64,000 nucleotides of DNA, taken from Longimicrobiales bacterium (lineage in GTDB: Bacteria > Gemmatimonadota > Gemmatimonadetes > Longimicrobiales > Gaopeijiaceae). The notes under the pieces were generated by a model. That model ran no database searches, was not told where the DNA came from, and saw only the letters and a list, made by a program, of their open reading frames with translations. Below are positions 60,815 through 64,000 of this stretch, in pieces. Numbering within the stretch: the first letter of the stretch is position 1; the number at the start of each line of letters is the position of its first letter. Location of the stretch: positions 3,264,001 to 3,328,000 of the forward strand of contig OZ242008.1 of NCBI GenBank assembly GCA_965204735.1, in the 5' to 3' direction. Position numbers and translations under genes: made by a program.

Positions 60815-61650
60815 ACCGCCACGTCCCAGCGCCCCGACGCGGCCATGCTCCACGCAAGGGCGCAGGCGCTGGTCCCCGACCCGCAGGTCGCGACCACCTT
60901 CTTGGTCGGGTCCACGCCGGCGCCTTCGAGGAGCGCCGAGAGCGCGTCCTTGCCGACCCCAACTCCCGTCTCGCCGTCCACCAGCTCCGTGTAGGGAAGG
61001 TTCCGGCTGCTCGGCACGTGTCCCAGCCGGAGCCCGGGCCTGGGCTCGGGGTCCCTGCCCGCGAACCGCCCTGGCGGGCGCACGTCGACGATCTCGACCC
61101 CGTCGTCGCGCGTCGCGCGCACGACCTGCTCCGCGCTGCGAACCAGCTCGGGCCGGACGACGGGCGTGAACTCGCCCGGCGTCTCTCGAGATCGGCGGCT
61201 CGGCCCGGATTCGACGGGAAGCCCCGACGCCGCCCAGTGCTTGAAGCCGCCGTCCAGGACGGCGACGTTGTCGAATCCGAAGCAGCGAAAGGTCCACCAC
61301 ACTCGCGGAGCGCTGATGTTGACGCCCGACGCGTCGTACACCACCACGGAGGAGGCGTCCGACACCCCCGCCGCCTCGGCCCGGACCTTGAAGCGCTCCG
61401 GCGCGGGGAGCGTGTGGGGCAAGGGCGATTCCGGGTCGCAGCTGGCGTCCAGGTCGAAGAACCGGGCCCCGGGGATCCTCTGCGCTTCGAACTCGCGGGC
61501 CGGGTCGCGTCCGGAACCCGGCAGGTACCACGAGCAGTCGAGCACGACAAGCTCCGCCGCCTTCAAGTGCTGGGCGAGCCAAGCGGCGGAGACGGCGGGC
61601 CGGGGAAGCTTGAAGGGAGCGCGCCGGCGGGTGGTCGCGGCTGTCGTCAT
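60739..61650 (-). CDS. sseA: 3-mercaptopyruvate sulfurtransferase
   Basis: VSAAWL, IPGARFFD, PHTLP, RVWW, LDGG, active site CGSGTSA and YDGSWAEWG. Confidence 0.92.
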   Translation of the reverse strand: MTTAATTRRRAPFKLPRPAVSAAWLAQHLKAAELVVLDCSWYLPGSGRDPAREFEAQRIPGARFFDLDASCDPESPLPHTLPAPERFKVRAEAAGVSDASSVVVYDASGVNISAPRVWWTFRCFGFDNVAVLDGGFKHWAASGLPVESGPSRRSRETPGEFTPVVRPELVRSAEQVVRATRDDGVEIVDVRPPGRFAGRDPEPRPGLRLGHVPSSRNLPYTELVDGETGVGVGKDALSALLEGAGVDPTKKVVATCGSGTSACALAWSMAASGRWDVAVYDGSWAEWGGRDDLPVETGPASLR

Positions 61651-61663
61651 GGCGTCGGGGGGC

Positions 61664-61770
61664 CGGAAGGGCCCGGGAAGGCGGAAGGCGCTGCGCGTGC
61701 CGAGCGCCCTGGCCGGCCGGCATTGCCGGCTCGGGCGGAAGGGCTCGGGAAGGCGAGGGAAAGTGCTGCC
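61664..61770. repeat. Degenerate direct repeat, period 72 bp
   Basis: cggaagggcYcgggaaggcg at 61664 and 61736. Confidence 0.7.
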
Positions 61771-61872
61771 GCATACTAACCAGCGAGCCGTCCCGGAGCA
61801 TCTCGGCGGCCGGGCGAGCGGAGCGGCGTCGGGTCGAGCTTCGGTCGAACCGGGGTCGTTCCCCCCGCCCGC

Positions 61873-62880
61873 GTGAGAGTCCTGGTCACCGGGGCCGCCG
61901 GCTTCATCGGCTCCTTCGTTGCGCGTCGCCTTCTGGAAGCGGGACACCAAGTCGCCGGCATCGACAACCTGAACCCCTACTACGACCCCCGGCTGAAGCG
62001 CGACCGGGCGGCCCGGCTCTTGGAGCACGACGGGTTCTCGTTCCGGCAGATCGACCTGTGCGACGCCCGGGCCGCCGCCGAGTGCTTCGACGCCGGCGGC
62101 TTCGATCGAGTGGTCCATCTGGCCGCCCAGGCCGGGGTAGCGTACTCGCTGGAGAACCCGCTGGCGTACGTGCACTCCAACCTGGTCGGGTTCGCCCACG
62201 TTCTGGAGGGGTGTCGGCGGAGCGGCGTCGAGCATCTGGTCTACGCATCCACCAGCTCGATCTACGGCGCCAACACCCGGCTGCCGTTCTCCACGGGCGA
62301 CTCGACGGACCATCCCCTGTCCCTGTACTCGGCCACCAAGAAGTCCAACGAGGCGATGGCCCACGCCTACGCCCACGTCCACGGCCTGCCGGCGACGGGG
62401 TTGCGCTTCTTCACCGTCTACGGTCCGTGGGGGCGTCCCGACATGGCGGCGTTCCTCTTCACGCGACAGATTCTCGCAGGCGAGCCGATCAAGCTCTACA
62501 ACCATGGAAACCACTGGCGGGACTGGACTTACGTGGAGGACACGGCCGAAGGCGTGGTCCGAGCGACGATGAAGCCTCCCGAGGGCGACGCATCGTGGAG
62601 CGGAGGCGCGCCCAACCCGGCGACCAGCAAGGCCCCGTGGCGGGTGTACAACGTCGGGGCGGGCCGTCCGGTGCATCTGCTCGAGTTCGTCGGCATTCTG
62701 GAGGAGCTGCTGGGTCGGAAGGCGGAGCGGCTGCTCCTGCCTCGCAGGACAGTGGACGCGCTGGAGACCTGCGCCGACGTGGAGGGGCTGCGGAGGGACG
62801 TGGGCTACGAGCCGGCGACGCCGGTGCGCGAGGGACTCGCCCGCTTCGTCGAATGGTACCGCGAGTACTACCGCGTCTAG
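61873..62880 (+). CDS. UDP-glucuronate 4-epimerase (CapI/LpsL-like)
   Basis: TGAAGFIG, YYDPRLK, HLAAQAGV.YSLENP, YSATKK and FFTVYGPWGRPDMA motifs. Confidence 0.92.
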   Translation: MRVLVTGAAGFIGSFVARRLLEAGHQVAGIDNLNPYYDPRLKRDRAARLLEHDGFSFRQIDLCDARAAAECFDAGGFDRVVHLAAQAGVAYSLENPLAYVHSNLVGFAHVLEGCRRSGVEHLVYASTSSIYGANTRLPFSTGDSTDHPLSLYSATKKSNEAMAHAYAHVHGLPATGLRFFTVYGPWGRPDMAAFLFTRQILAGEPIKLYNHGNHWRDWTYVEDTAEGVVRATMKPPEGDASWSGGAPNPATSKAPWRVYNVGAGRPVHLLEFVGILEELLGRKAERLLLPRRTVDALETCADVEGLRRDVGYEPATPVREGLARFVEWYREYYRV

Positions 62881-64000
62881 GCGGAGCGCGGGCCGAGAGC
62901 GCCGACGCCAAGAACGCCGGAGGCGCCTTCGGGAGCGTCGCGGCGTCGGACGAAGAGGCCCGCTTCGTGGTCGGTCCCGACTTCCGGCGCTTCTCCCAGA
63001 AGGACGACGTCTTCTGCCGCTCGTTCTGGGACCCCTCGGTGCGGAGCCACCGCTCCGACATGTTCTACGAGACGTACCGCACGCCGAAGATGAAGTGGCG
63101 GGGCGCCGACGGCTTCAGGCGTCGGGACTACGCGCTGCGCAACGCTTCCTGGCACGTGACGGACGTCTTCGCCGAGCTTCACGAGGCCGCGGACCGGCGG
63201 GAGGGCTTCCTCGATCCATACACGGCGGTTCGCGAGGGTCCGCCTGGACGGGCGCCCGTCGAGTCTCCCGAGGAGATGGCGCGGCAGCTGAAGCGGGCGG
63301 CCAAGACGCTGGGGGCGGACTTGGTGGGCGTCACCGGCTGGGACGAGCGCTGGGTGTACACGCACAACTACGGGCGCGAGCAGGAGGAGGAGAAGCCGCA
63401 GGAGCTTTCGGCGGAGCTGAAGAACGTGATCGTGGTGGCCCAGTCGATGGACCGGGAGCTGCTGCGCACCGCGCCGTCGGCGTTGAGCGGGGCCGCGACG
63501 GGGGCGGGCTACTCCCGCGACACGATCGTGCTGCTGGCCATCGCCCAGTTCGTCACCAACCTGGGCTACCGGGCCGTGGCGACGATGAACGACTCGGCGC
63601 TGGCAATCCCCTTCGCCGTCAAGGCCGGCCTGGGGGAGTACGGCCGCCACGGCCTCCTGATCACCCGCGAGTTCGGTCCGCGCGTGCGGCTGGGCAAGAT
63701 CTTCACCGACCTGCCGCTGGCCCACGACCGGCCGCAGCGCTTCGGCGTCGAGGAGACGTGCCAACTCTGCCGGGCGTGCACCGACGCCTGCCCGGCCAAG
63801 GCGATCGACGGAGGGGACCCGTCCACCGTCGTGCACAACCGATCCAACATCCAGGGCGTCGAGAAGTGGACGACCGACGCCGAGAAGTGCTTCCGCTACT
63901 GGTCGAACCTGAACACGGACTGCGCCATCTGCGTCCGCGTCTGCCCCTACAACCGCGACTACGCCCGGTGGACGAGCCGGGCGTGGCAATGGCTGGCCGG
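62853..64000 (+). CDS. Reductive dehalogenase (RdhA)-like cobalamin/2x[4Fe-4S] protein, 3'-partial
   Basis: Own translation, not in the ORF track: KRAAKTLGADLVGV, ERWVY, GYS, LGYRA, AGLGEYGRHGLLITREFGPRVRL, TDLPL, CQLCRACTDACP, C-x10-CAICVRVCP. Start ATG 62853 or GTG 62967. Confidence 0.85.
   Translation, partial: MVPRVLPRLGGARAESADAKNAGGAFGSVAASDEEARFVVGPDFRRFSQKDDVFCRSFWDPSVRSHRSDMFYETYRTPKMKWRGADGFRRRDYALRNASWHVTDVFAELHEAADRREGFLDPYTAVREGPPGRAPVESPEEMARQLKRAAKTLGADLVGVTGWDERWVYTHNYGREQEEEKPQELSAELKNVIVVAQSMDRELLRTAPSALSGAATGAGYSRDTIVLLAIAQFVTNLGYRAVATMNDSALAIPFAVKAGLGEYGRHGLLITREFGPRVRLGKIFTDLPLAHDRPQRFGVEETCQLCRACTDACPAKAIDGGDPSTVVHNRSNIQGVEKWTTDAEKCFRYWSNLNTDCAICVRVCPYNRDYARWTSRAWQWLA

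Noticed and set aside
62853..64000. QueG (epoxyqueuosine reductase) assignment
   Set aside because: Lacks the QueG-typical YA.G.DYH segment and shows RdhA-type RWVY, GYS and C-x10-CxxCxxxCP features.

Overview
Very GC-rich bacterial chromosomal window. Gene content and order (tol-pal/nrdR/tatC/lptD; ftcD/polyprenyl synthase/DUF4321/tatA; aroQ-efp-accB-accC-comB-ftsK-lolA-rimO) suggest Gemmatimonadota; this is inference, not a database result. 1-25.7 kb is a mosaic Wzy-dependent surface polysaccharide locus. It encodes a CMP-nonulosonate synthetase, a D-glucuronyl C5-epimerase homologue, three AsnB-type amidotransferases, an HTTM/vitamin-K-carboxylase-like membrane protein, Wzy, Wzc, Wza, GTs, a NeuD-type acetyltransferase, a WecA fused to the N-half of CapD/PglF and a MurJ-like flippase. 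25.7-26.9 kb is a small islet with orphan ORFs and a candidate structured RNA. 27-52.6 kb is housekeeping/envelope genes, 52.6-57.2 kb is LPS-core genes, and miscellaneous enzymes follow. A reductive-dehalogenase-like gene missing from the ORF track runs off the right edge. The most unusual signals are four different duplications with ~72-bp period at gene ends or starts (one forms a relay of translationally coupled mini-ORFs), in-frame low-complexity insertions in many proteins, a consensus sigma54 promoter, and the RdhA-like gene. No CRISPR array, tRNA, rRNA or transposase was recognised.
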